A stretch of DNA of 64,000 nt from Candidatus Euphemobacter frigidus. Its GTDB lineage: Bacteria; Auribacterota; Erginobacteria; Erginobacterales; Erginobacteraceae. This document shows, piece by piece, positions 37,881-47,587 of this stretch. The first letter of the stretch is position 1; every line of letters starts with the position of its first letter. The stretch spans positions 3,961 to 67,960 of the forward strand of contig JAVCDH010000084.1 in NCBI GenBank assembly GCA_030765805.1, given 5' to 3'. Made by a program: the position numbers and the translations under genes. The notes under the pieces were generated by a model. The model saw only the letters and a program-made list of their open reading frames with translations, did not search any database and had not been told where the DNA came from.

Positions 37881-38072
37881 TCAAATCCCCGGGTATCCCT
37901 GATTCCGGTCCAGCTTCGAGCCCAGAGTCTCTCCGCAGACCGGGCAGGTGTACTCGTATTTGTCGCCTCCCGGCAAGACCAGGAGGAGCTTCTTTCTGAC
38001 CTGAACCGGTTCCCGGCAACGGGGGCAGAAGAGAGTTACCGCATCAAATTCTCTGAAACTATCCGGTCTCAT
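37881..38072 (-). CDS. Small zinc-ribbon protein (CPRC...CPVC)
   Basis: A 63 aa protein with two CxxC pairs. Confidence 0.3.
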   Translation of the reverse strand: MRPDSFREFDAVTLFCPRCREPVQVRKKLLLVLPGGDKYEYTCPVCGETLGSKLDRNQGYPGI

Positions 38073-38095
38073 GGGGAGTTTTAGTAGACCAACAT

Positions 38096-40033
38096 TTAAC
38101 GGTTATCGAGAACCTGACGGATTTTCACTGTGAGTTCGTCAGGTTTAAAAGGCTTCTGAAGAAAAGCGGCGGCTCCTTTCTGAAGCATCTCCTGGGTGGT
38201 CTCATCAAGAGCATAGCCCGTGCAGATAATGACCGACAGCCCCGGAATCAGCTTCCTCATTTTTTCGAAGGCCTCGGCCCCATCCATCCCCGGCATTATC
38301 ATATCGAGCAGAACAAGGTCAACCCCCTTTTTCCTCTCCTCCAACACCTTCAGGGCATCCTCCCCGCTGGCCGCCTCGATTACCGTGTAGCCAAACCATT
38401 TAAGCCGGATCCCGATACTGACCCTGAAGTCTTCCTCATCATCCACCAGCAGGATTATCTCGTCTCCCTTCAAGGTCTCCACCGGGGTTGGCGGGGCGGC
38501 ACGGTCTTCCTCCCAGGTGAACGGCAGATACACGATAAAGGTGCTCCCTCGGCCCGGTTCGCTCTCAACCTCGATGCCGCCGCCGTGCCGTTCGATGATT
38601 CCTAACACCATAGCCAGCCCAAGCCCTGCCCCCGGTCTCCCGACCTTGGTAGTAAAAAGGGGGTCAAACATGCGTGAGCGCGTCTCGGAGTCAATACCGG
38701 CGCCGGTATCGGAGACGCTGACGCGGACGTAGGGCCCTTTTTTTAGGCCGGGGTGGTCATTGAAAAACCCATCGTCCGGTTCCGCGTCTATTGATTTAAC
38801 GGTCAGCGTGCCGCCGGCGGTCATCGCCTCGCAGGCGTTAATGCATAAGTTCATGATAAGCTGGTAGATCTGGCTCTCGTCCGTGAAGACGCTGGAGATA
38901 TCCGGCGACAGGTTTTCTCTTATATCGCACTTTCTTCCCACAGTTTCTTTAATAACTCTGAGTAAGTGGTCGATAACCAGATTGACGTTCAGCGGTTTGG
39001 GCTGATATATGCCCCCGCGCGTGAAAGCCAGGAGCGCTGTGGTCAGTTCGGCTGCTCTCTGTGATGATTTGGTGATCTTCTCCACGGCTGCAATTAACGG
39101 ACTACTCTGGTCGAGACGATTTTTCAGCAGAGAAGCGTACCCCATGATCCCGGCCAGAATATTGTTGAAATCATGCGCGATCCCGCCGGCGAGTTTCCCG
39201 ATCGCCTCCATCTTCTGCACCTGGAGAAGCTGCTCTTCCAGCTTCTTGCGCTCGGTGATATTGATAGCGATTTCGATGGCGCCTATAATATTGCCCTGCG
39301 CATCACGGACCGGGGCGGCCTTCGACAGCCATGAACCCTGGGTCAGCGGCCAATGGTCCTGGTTCTCGGGGGTCAGTTCTGCTTCGGCAGACTTTCCGGT
39401 CTCAATCGCGGTAATGACCGGGCAGCCGCGGCATTTCTTGGAGAGCTTCCAAACATCATAACATTTCCGCCCCACCATCTCATTTATCTTTAATCCGGTC
39501 GCTTCTCCGTATGCTTAATTTGCCCAAACGATGTTAAGGTCCTTGTCGTGAAATGCCGCGATCATGGGAGCGTTGTGGAGAAGCTCCGCCTTAAAATAAT
39601 TCTGCTTTTCGCTCTCCCGCAGGGCATCCTCGGCCCGCTTGCGCTCAATAATTCTTCCTAATCGCTCAGTTACTGCGTCTATTAAATTTCTTTCCTCTTG
39701 AGAAAATGGCCCTTCGTAGCTTCCGGGTTTTTCTTCCCGATAATAAACCTCCACTGTCCCGGCCTTATCTCCTTTCACCACGATATCAGCCGATTGTTTC
39801 CACGCGGTCGTTCTGAAGTTATCTGTTTTAAATTCTTTGTTATCCAAGGATATCCTGGCGCAGGTAATATCGGGATATCGCCATGCAGGGGGAAGCATGC
39901 CTACCACTCTCTGAAGTATCCCTTCCAATGAAATATCGGGTTCCTCAATGAGCCGGGAAATATTATAGAGACAATTAAGCTCTTTTATTCGTTCCTTGAG
40001 ACGATCTTCTGCTTCAAATAATGGCTCTGTCAT
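38096..40033 (-). pseudogene. Hybrid sensor histidine kinase/response regulator (GAF-like ELNCLY domain, PAS, HisKA, HATPase, REC) interrupted by one in-frame TAA at 39515-39517
   Basis: ORF 39515..40033 ends ...DLNIVWAN, then comes TAA, and the same frame continues AYGEATGLKINE-MVGRKCYDVW into ORF 38096..39478. The stop therefore lies inside a contiguous PAS domain. Confidence 0.6.
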
Positions 40034-40259
40034 TATTCAACCGCCTTTTATCGGTTCAAGATAATAACCCTCAGATTCAGATTATGCCTCTTTTCTTTTG
40101 ATATAGCAATTAATAATCAGCAACTATCTTCCATCCTCTGATTAATGAATTCGGTTCGCTTCCATTTTTCTTTTGGTCGTTATGTTAGATTGCTATAATA
40201 TAACTTCTTTTAATAGTTTTTGAGGATCGAAGGATATCAATGGAGAGAAGATATACCAA

Positions 40260-40901
40260 TTGATGGCGATCATCGATTATGGGATGGGTAATCTTAGGAG
40301 CGTGGAGAAGGCGCTTCAAACCCTGGAAGCGGACTGCTCGATTTTCACTGAACCGCCGGATAGTGCTTATCTTGCCGGCATCGTGCTTCCCGGTGTGGGA
40401 GCCTTCAGCGATGCCATGCGGAACCTCCACCGGGGAGGCTGGGTCGAGTGGATCCGGGAGAAAGTCGAGGCCGGCATCCCACTTCTCGGAATCTGTCTGG
40501 GCCTTCAGCTCCTATTCAGCCGGAGCGAGGAAGGGGCCGGGGTGACCGGCCTGGACTTGCTCAAGGGAGATGTCGTCAGGTTTCCGCCTTCAGTGGGGAT
40601 CATCCCCCACATGGGATGGAACCAGCTTAAAATCGTCTCCGACACTCCCCTTCTCTCCGGGATAGATGAAGGCGAATTCGTCTATTTTGTTCATTCATAT
40701 TACGCGGTCCCGGCTGACCCCGCTATCATCGCCGCGACGACCGATTACGGGATTGACTTCGCCTCGGTAGTGGCCGACCGGAATATTTATGGTCTCCAGT
40801 TCCACCCGGAGAAGAGCCAGACAGCCGGGTTAAATATTCTCCGCAATTTTATCAATATTTCTATCCCGGATATTCACGCGCGAATAGTCAGGAATAATTA
40901 A
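40260..40901 (+). CDS. hisH: Imidazole glycerol phosphate synthase, glutamine amidotransferase subunit
   Basis: The class I GATase catalytic triad context is present (GICLGLQ, HPEKS). Confidence 0.9.
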   Translation: MMAIIDYGMGNLRSVEKALQTLEADCSIFTEPPDSAYLAGIVLPGVGAFSDAMRNLHRGGWVEWIREKVEAGIPLLGICLGLQLLFSRSEEGAGVTGLDLLKGDVVRFPPSVGIIPHMGWNQLKIVSDTPLLSGIDEGEFVYFVHSYYAVPADPAIIAATTDYGIDFASVVADRNIYGLQFHPEKSQTAGLNILRNFINISIPDIHARIVRNN

Positions 40902-40902
40902 A

Positions 40903-41718
40903 ATGTTGGCGAAACGGATAATCCCCTGTCTCGATGTCAAGGACGGACGAGTGGTCAAGGGGGTCAACTTCATCGACCTCCGGGACGCGGGTGACCCGGT
41001 CGAACAGGCTAAATTTTATGAGACTGAAGGAGCCGATGAACTCGTCTTCCTGGATATAACCGCCTCGACTGAAGAGCGAAAGACGATCGTGGAGCTGGCC
41101 CGCCGTACGGCCGACCAGGTCTTCATGCCCTTCACCATCGGTGGCGGGATCAGGGGCATCGATGACATCCGGGCCATCTTGAAGGCCGGCGCGGACAAGA
41201 TCTCCATCAACACCTCCGCAGTCCGTGATCCGGAGCTCATCAGCCGCTCGGCCGCCCGCTTCGGCAATCAATGCATCGTGGTCGCCATCGACGCGAAGAG
41301 ACGGAAGGGGGGATGGGAGGTCTTTACGCACGGAGGCAGGATACCAACCGGGAGAGACGCGGTGGGATGGGCCCGGGAAGCCGAGGAACGCGGAGCCGGA
41401 GAGATTCTTCTGACCAGCATGGACAGGGACGGCACTCTCTCCGGTTATGACCTGGATCTCACCCGGACGATCAGCCGGGCGGTCAATATCCCGGTAATCG
41501 CGTCCGGCGGGGCCGGCACCCTGGAGCACCTTTACCAGGGAATCGTCCAGGGAGAAGCCCAGGCGGTACTCGCCGCATCCATCTTTCATTTTCGGACTTA
41601 CTCGATAGGGGAGGCCAAAGCCTACCTGAAAGAACGGGGGGTAATGATCAGAACTTCACCTCATACTATTCTGCCGAAGCAAAAGAGTATTACTTCACGT
41701 CCGGGTAGTGGTAGTTAA
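40903..41718 (+). CDS. hisF: Imidazole glycerol phosphate synthase, cyclase subunit
   Basis: It begins [20 protein letters not shown]. It has a ~20 aa C-terminal extension. Confidence 0.9.
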   Translation: MLAKRIIPCLDVKDGRVVKGVNFIDLRDAGDPVEQAKFYETEGADELVFLDITASTEERKTIVELARRTADQVFMPFTIGGGIRGIDDIRAILKAGADKISINTSAVRDPELISRSAARFGNQCIVVAIDAKRRKGGWEVFTHGGRIPTGRDAVGWAREAEERGAGEILLTSMDRDGTLSGYDLDLTRTISRAVNIPVIASGGAGTLEHLYQGIVQGEAQAVLAASIFHFRTYSIGEAKAYLKERGVMIRTSPHTILPKQKSITSRPGSGS

Positions 41719-42826
41719 AGGTATCATTGGTGAGGCGGCGGACGGTTTTCTGGGCGGCCTTTCCCTCTCGACTGACGGCATAGAGCTGCCAGTTATCACC
41801 ATCTCTCTGCGACGAGAAGACAACATTCTCGCCATCCGGAGTCAGGGTTGGAGAGTGGTCGGGGGCGGTATTTTTAGTGATGTGCCTGAACCGTCCATCT
41901 TCAATATAACTTAGCCAAATATCTTCCTGCGTCCCGGTTCCGGAGACATAGAGTAGGGCTAACCCATCAGGATCGGAGATACAGGTGAGACGGCTCTCCG
42001 GGCTGGCGTGAGCGATTATCTCCCGGGGAGTCCCCTCCGGGAGATCTGCCATATATATCTTATACTTCTGCATTCTCTCATAACCGAAAAAGATTTTCTC
42101 CCCCCGGGGAGAGAAAGCGATCGCTCCGCCCTTCCCATCTTCAAAATCAGTCAACGGACGGAGGCTCCGGTCGAAGATATTCATTATCCAGAGGTTGTCG
42201 ACCCCCTCCTGCCGGGAGAAGAAAGCTATATTCTCGCTATCGGGGGACCAGGAGGGGAAGGTGTCCGGCTCCAGGTTATCGGTCAGCTGCTCGGGATTGC
42301 TCCCATCCGCTTCCATCAGGTATATCTCCGGGTCTCCGTCCCGGTCGGAGACAAAGACGATCCTTTCCCGGTCCGGAGACCAGCTCGGATAACTGTCGGA
42401 GGCTTTGTTATCGGTCAGTTGTCTGATCTCCCCGGACGAACAATCAAGATGATAAATCTCGTTGTCACCATCCCGGTCCGAATAAGCAATCAGGGCTATA
42501 TCAAACCTCGTGGGATGATTAAAGGAGGAAACACCGGCCCCCTCCGGCGTGGGGGACGGCGTTAAAGTCACCGTGGTGACCCCGGAAGGGACGGGAAGCG
42601 TTGTGGGCCGCAGTGTGCCCGGAGAGATTGCCGGCGAGGGAGTGGATTGGCAACCGGCAAGCCATAGAACGGCGCATAAAGACAAGCTAAAACCTAAGTT
42701 GAGCGGGTATCGACAGTTAAACGCACCGACCTTATCGGCCCGGTCAGCTCCGGGAAGACCGCAACAGGTCGTTTTAGACATGCCTATGGTTTGCGTATTC
42801 TTCCGGAGATCATAATCCTGATGCAT
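41690..42826 (-). CDS. Lipoprotein with PD40/TolB-like beta-propeller repeats
   Basis: It has repeated S.DGxxIxF.SDRDGxxEIY units and an LAGC lipobox. The N-terminal start is uncertain. Confidence 0.55.
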   Translation of the reverse strand: MHQDYDLRKNTQTIGMSKTTCCGLPGADRADKVGAFNCRYPLNLGFSLSLCAVLWLAGCQSTPSPAISPGTLRPTTLPVPSGVTTVTLTPSPTPEGAGVSSFNHPTRFDIALIAYSDRDGDNEIYHLDCSSGEIRQLTDNKASDSYPSWSPDRERIVFVSDRDGDPEIYLMEADGSNPEQLTDNLEPDTFPSWSPDSENIAFFSRQEGVDNLWIMNIFDRSLRPLTDFEDGKGGAIAFSPRGEKIFFGYERMQKYKIYMADLPEGTPREIIAHASPESRLTCISDPDGLALLYVSGTGTQEDIWLSYIEDGRFRHITKNTAPDHSPTLTPDGENVVFSSQRDGDNWQLYAVSREGKAAQKTVRRLTNDTFNYHYPDVK

Positions 42827-42880
42827 TTCACCCCCGACAACCGCTCAGCTTAGGTTTTACTCGTCAATTATAATAATTAA

Positions 42881-43672
42881 TTAAAACAATACGTTGGCCT
42901 GGACGATGACCTCGAAATCGGGAGCTCCATCATCAAGACCCACCCCGATACCGCCTTCAAGACTGAGCATCTCATTGATTAAGTACTCGGCGCCTCCGGT
43001 TAACTCGATATCATTATCCATGTCTTTATAGGCCTCGGTGGCTAAGTTCAGCTCAGTCAGCAGGTTCAACTCCGGCGCCACCTGATAGATCATGCCCGCC
43101 CCCAGCTCAAACTGTGTTTCGCCCTCATATTTTATTTTTTGACCCCCGACTTTTTTGTCTGCATCTCCGTTGATCCGAAGACCCATGTGACCGATCAGGG
43201 CAAAGATATCGGTGATATAATAACGGAGGGCCCCGAAGAGCTCAAAATTGAGCTCGCCGCTGGCCCAGGGGTGGATGACCTTCTCGGACCCGGTCGGGAG
43301 TGTAAACATGATACCTCCGGAAAGGAGAAGCGGGTCATCCAGGAACTGGTATTTCCCCCAGAGGTCGATATCGCTCATACCGCTCTCGTTGCTTCCTCCA
43401 TCCGGCTTCATGCTCAGGAACCAGAACCTGCCTCCGACTTCCAACCGCTCCAGGTTGGGGATGCACATGGCATAAGTGGGGCCCAACCCCCAGCCCTTTA
43501 TTTTATCAAACTTCTGGTAGCGGAACTGACCCCGCAGCCAGGGGCCGGTAACCACCGCCCCGTCCCACTCCGCCTTCTGGAGGAGGCGAGCATCAGGTGA
43601 GACCTGGGCTTCAACCACGGCCGGGAGCAACAGAAGGACGAGTGCGATCGCCCAGCATACTTTCTTTACCAT
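42881..43672 (-). CDS. Putative outer-membrane beta-barrel protein
   Basis: It has a signal peptide, alternating amphipathic strands and a C-terminal aromatic residue (NVLF). Confidence 0.4.
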   Translation of the reverse strand: MVKKVCWAIALVLLLLPAVVEAQVSPDARLLQKAEWDGAVVTGPWLRGQFRYQKFDKIKGWGLGPTYAMCIPNLERLEVGGRFWFLSMKPDGGSNESGMSDIDLWGKYQFLDDPLLLSGGIMFTLPTGSEKVIHPWASGELNFELFGALRYYITDIFALIGHMGLRINGDADKKVGGQKIKYEGETQFELGAGMIYQVAPELNLLTELNLATEAYKDMDNDIELTGGAEYLINEMLSLEGGIGVGLDDGAPDFEVIVQANVLF

Positions 43673-43891
43673 TGTTTTCCTCCTATTTTTATTATCGCCT
43701 GCGGCAATAGTTAATTTTATTGACTGAAGCGCAAAATAATTCTTGGCCGGCTAAAATATAAGCTACTAAGACGGACTCTTTCACTGCCGGATAGAAGAAG
43801 ACAAATGTAAATCAGATGAGCGCCGCCGTCAAGTGAAACCATGACGCTCCGGCAATATCTTGCTCCGGAAAAGAACCATTTATTTTATAAG

Positions 43892-45136
43892 TTAGAAGAG
43901 ATACGAGGAAGCGAGAAAGACATACAGATATGACTCATTCGCATCCACGACCTCCATCTCTCGGGTGTTCTTCCATCCCACCGCCTTCCCACTTCCCCGG
44001 ACGTAGTTGACGCCGAGAGCGAGGGTGGTGTGTTCCGTCTCCCGAGCGATCCCGGCGGTGATCCCGTACTTATTAATATGGGCGGGATACCATGATGTGG
44101 TGGGGTCGGCGTCGGGGGCGGATGACCGGCTGGTGAAGAAGCCAAGCCGTAAGGCATAACGGTCCAGGAAGTAATACTCGCCGCCCAGGTTTACGTCGAC
44201 CGTCCCCTCCCGGCGGAGTCTATAGTACCAGGTCGTGCCGAACTGGTCGGTTCCCTGGAAGCGGTTGAAGCTGGTAGGGAAATGATAGGAGATGTCGAAG
44301 CCAAAGGCGTAGCAGCGGGGAACCTGGTAGCCAATACCAGCGGTCAGGCTGGTGGGTAGCTTGTTCCTGGTCTCGCCACTATCGACGTAACTGGCACGGG
44401 TGACGGTGGAACTTACATCCTTGAGCAGGTACTTACCGTCCCCGGTCAGATGGACGGTCGGGCTCTGGACCCTCAGGCCCAGCGACCACCTCTCCCCGAG
44501 CTGGTACCTCGCCCCCAGGACCATCAGCAGGCTTAGGTCGTTGTACTTGATGTCCTCCGAGAGGGAATACCCGTAATTACCCCAGAAAAAGTCCCGGAAC
44601 TGGCTGAAGGTACGGTAAACACCGAAGACGGAGACCCCGACCGATAGATCGGGAATTAATAGGTAGCCGATCGAGGGGCCGAGCCAGAGTGTCTGGTCGT
44701 CCTTGTTGTACTTGTAATAGTGTCCGGGGGTGGTGAAGGCCTCAAGATCATTGCTGCTGGACCGGTCGGGGATGAAGGCCGATACGGCGATCGATGCATC
44801 CTCGCTCAGTTTCCAGATCGACCCGACGGTGGAAGGGATGGTGATAAACGAGTCGATATCCACGTCCTCATCCGGGAACCACCCGTCCTCAGATTCGAAA
44901 TGGTAGAAACCATACAGGCTGGCCGAGAGTGAGATGGTGCTGCCGGGAGCGAAGGCCAGCCCGGCCGGGTTATAGAAGCAGGAGTCAACCGACCGGCAGA
45001 GCGCGGTCACCGCCCCCCCCATCCCGGCAGCGCGTTCCCCGATGATATAATTCTGGTAGTTGCCGTCACCGGCATTGAGAAAACACGGAACTAAAAGAAT
45101 AAAAAGAAAAACGAGAAAAACATAACGATACTTCAC
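43892..45136 (-). CDS. Outer membrane transport protein of the FadL/TodX/OMPP1 family (hydrophobic compound channel)
   Basis: It has a signal peptide, the motifs AAGMGGA and YNPAGLA, and a C-terminal SSYLF. Confidence 0.6.
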   Translation of the reverse strand: MKYRYVFLVFLFILLVPCFLNAGDGNYQNYIIGERAAGMGGAVTALCRSVDSCFYNPAGLAFAPGSTISLSASLYGFYHFESEDGWFPDEDVDIDSFITIPSTVGSIWKLSEDASIAVSAFIPDRSSSNDLEAFTTPGHYYKYNKDDQTLWLGPSIGYLLIPDLSVGVSVFGVYRTFSQFRDFFWGNYGYSLSEDIKYNDLSLLMVLGARYQLGERWSLGLRVQSPTVHLTGDGKYLLKDVSSTVTRASYVDSGETRNKLPTSLTAGIGYQVPRCYAFGFDISYHFPTSFNRFQGTDQFGTTWYYRLRREGTVDVNLGGEYYFLDRYALRLGFFTSRSSAPDADPTTSWYPAHINKYGITAGIARETEHTTLALGVNYVRGSGKAVGWKNTREMEVVDANESYLYVFLASSYLF

Positions 45137-45263
45137 GGTTCACCTCCTTTTTTTGGATGATTTATTAAGATTAAAATATATTAATGAACTAACCCGATTA
45201 TCGCGACTATATTACATTATGAAACCGGTTATTGCCCGCAAAAACTGAAAGGAAATAATCGTA

Positions 45264-46577
45264 TCAAAAGATATAAGCCGAGGCTAAGAAGACGAACAGG
45301 TATGACTCTCTCGCATCAACTACAGTCGGGTTAAAATCTTCATCCAAGCCCTGACTTTTCCCATCACCCCAGACATAGTTTATTCCCAGGTTTATGGTGG
45401 TATGTTCGGTCTCCATTCCGATTCCGGCGCTGACACCATACATATCGATCTGCCGGCTGATCACATTCTCTTCCGGGTCCGGGTAGGGAGCGGCAGAGAG
45501 ATTGGTAAAAAAGCCCAGCCGGAGGGGATAACATTCGTTTATATAATATTCGCCTCCTATATTGAAGTTAGTCACCGATTTCTTCCGGACACCCAGACTG
45601 ACCTGCTCGCCTGTCCAGGTATCGTCTCCGGTTAGTTCGGTATAATTGGTAGGGAAGTAGTGGGTAATATCCAATTCAAACCCGTACCGGCTCGGCACGC
45701 GATAGCCAATCCCTGCCGAAAACTTTGTAGAGAGTTTATTCTTGCTCTTCATATTTTTTGCATTGACCAGTTCATCCTGCTCCGGATTGTCAAGAGCGGC
45801 GGCATAGAATAGATCTCCGTTTCCGGTCAGGTTCAGGGAAGGAGTTTGAACCGTGGCTCCAAGGTATATATCATCGGTCAGCATGTACTGCGCGCCGAGA
45901 ATTCCCAGAAGTCCGTAATTGGTATAATCAATTGAATATTGTCGGGATAAAACTTGAACAACCTCCTTACTTCCTTCTTTCGTGTAGAGATAGGTCCAGG
46001 CCTGTTTTCTGACCGAAGATCGATAGACCACATAGGCAGCCATGCCCAGGGAAAGGCGGTCACTGGCCCGAAAGCCCAGGGAGGGGCCAATCCACATCAT
46101 CGTGTCGTCCAGGGTAACCGAATAATAATCAGATTGCAAAATTCCCGGCTGATAGGGATACCGTTCAAAAGATTTCTGCGCGTTATAATCGATCTCATCG
46201 GGCGTCAGAACGGCAAAGGCCAGCGAAAATCGATCAGAGACATTGAGAATGGATCCGAAAGCGGAAGGGATGCTCTCAAACTCACGCGCCTTATAACTTT
46301 TACCGGGCCCAAGGGCTTCTTTCGCCCAGATGTTGTATATTCCATACAAAGTGGCTGAGAGAGAGATCCGGCTGCCGGTCACGCGCGCCAGACCGGACGG
46401 GTTATAATAACAGGCATCCATGTCGCGGGTGGAAGCAACCACCGCTCCGCCCATCCCGGCGGCGCGGTCTCCCACCAGAAAATTCTGATAGTTGCCGTTA
46501 TCGGCCAGTGTGATGGATAGTGGATAGAAAATCCAGGCCATGAGCACTATAATTGATATCAGATACCAGTCTCGCAA
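45264..46577 (-). CDS. Outer membrane transport protein, FadL/TodX-like (paralog)
   Basis: It carries the same motifs (AAGMGGA, YNPSGLA) and a C-terminal SAYIF. Confidence 0.6.
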   Translation of the reverse strand: MRDWYLISIIVLMAWIFYPLSITLADNGNYQNFLVGDRAAGMGGAVVASTRDMDACYYNPSGLARVTGSRISLSATLYGIYNIWAKEALGPGKSYKAREFESIPSAFGSILNVSDRFSLAFAVLTPDEIDYNAQKSFERYPYQPGILQSDYYSVTLDDTMMWIGPSLGFRASDRLSLGMAAYVVYRSSVRKQAWTYLYTKEGSKEVVQVLSRQYSIDYTNYGLLGILGAQYMLTDDIYLGATVQTPSLNLTGNGDLFYAAALDNPEQDELVNAKNMKSKNKLSTKFSAGIGYRVPSRYGFELDITHYFPTNYTELTGDDTWTGEQVSLGVRKKSVTNFNIGGEYYINECYPLRLGFFTNLSAAPYPDPEENVISRQIDMYGVSAGIGMETEHTTINLGINYVWGDGKSQGLDEDFNPTVVDARESYLFVFLASAYIF

Positions 46578-46702
46578 CGTTCTAACCCCTTAAAAACAAC
46601 ATGCAAAGGTAATTAGTAGCAGAAATCACCGGCTTCGTAAATATTTTTTTCCTTTCAATCTGCTTATTCATCGTTATTATCTGACATTATTGTTCGTAAT
46701 AT

Positions 46703-47572
46703 ATGCAGATTACATCGATGAAGAACGAGATTATCCTCTCCAACGGGTCACTGAGAAATTATGGGTTGGACCGGGTCTTCGAGATCGCGGTCCGGTGCGG
46801 CTTTGACGGAGTGGAGCTGATCGTGGACGAAAGGACCGATACCTTCCATCCTGGCTACATCCGGCGGCTCGTCAAACGGCACGGACTCCCGGTTCCGGTG
46901 ATCCATGCCCCTTTCAACTTCCTGGATCCCCCCGGCTGGGAGAGAGACGAGGTCTCGCGCGTCAAACGGTCAGTCAGGCTGGCCGAAGATATCGGTGCCG
47001 GGTGCGTCGTTCTGCATACTCCCTTTTACACCGATCGACTGTATCTGCGGTGGCTGGAAGAAGATCTGGAAGCGTTCCAGGAGACCACAGCGGTCATCAT
47101 CCTGGTGGAGAATATGCCGTGCTATCGCAAACCGGGCGGCCGGATCGGCCGGTGGCTGAATGTATCCGACGTCCTGGAGCAAGGCCGGAAGAAGATCTGG
47201 AAACTGTTACCTTCCTTTCTCAACCCCCTCTGTTTCCCGCTCTGCGATCCGGCGAGGCTGGAGCGCTTCCCCCATATCATTCTCGACACCACTCACCTCG
47301 GTACTGGAGGATTTAATCCGATCGCGGTTTTCGACCGGTTAAGAGAAAAGATAGAACATATCCACCTCTCCAACTTCGACGGACGCGAACACCTGGAACT
47401 GCGGACGGGGATACTCGATATAGCTGCTTTTCTGCGGCACGTCACCGCCGCGGGATACGATGGGCTGTTCTGCCTGGAGATCATGCCGGAGTACTTCCGT
47501 TCCGAGGACGAAGAGTATTCCATCCGTCTGCTGGGCGATAACCTCGCTTTCATCCGGCAGCACACCCGGTAA
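46703..47572 (+). CDS. Sugar phosphate isomerase/epimerase (xylose isomerase-like TIM barrel)
   Basis: It shows typical FDGVEL and HxP...E metal-site patterns of the AP_endonuc_2 family. Confidence 0.6.
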   Translation: MQITSMKNEIILSNGSLRNYGLDRVFEIAVRCGFDGVELIVDERTDTFHPGYIRRLVKRHGLPVPVIHAPFNFLDPPGWERDEVSRVKRSVRLAEDIGAGCVVLHTPFYTDRLYLRWLEEDLEAFQETTAVIILVENMPCYRKPGGRIGRWLNVSDVLEQGRKKIWKLLPSFLNPLCFPLCDPARLERFPHIILDTTHLGTGGFNPIAVFDRLREKIEHIHLSNFDGREHLELRTGILDIAAFLRHVTAAGYDGLFCLEIMPEYFRSEDEEYSIRLLGDNLAFIRQHTR

Positions 47573-47587
47573 GGCTTTTAGTATTTA

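Noticed and set aside
39515-39517. Possibility that TAA is reassigned as a sense codon in this organism
   Set aside because: TAA terminates several highly conserved genes in this window (moaC, rpsM, rplW) exactly where expected, so the code is standard.
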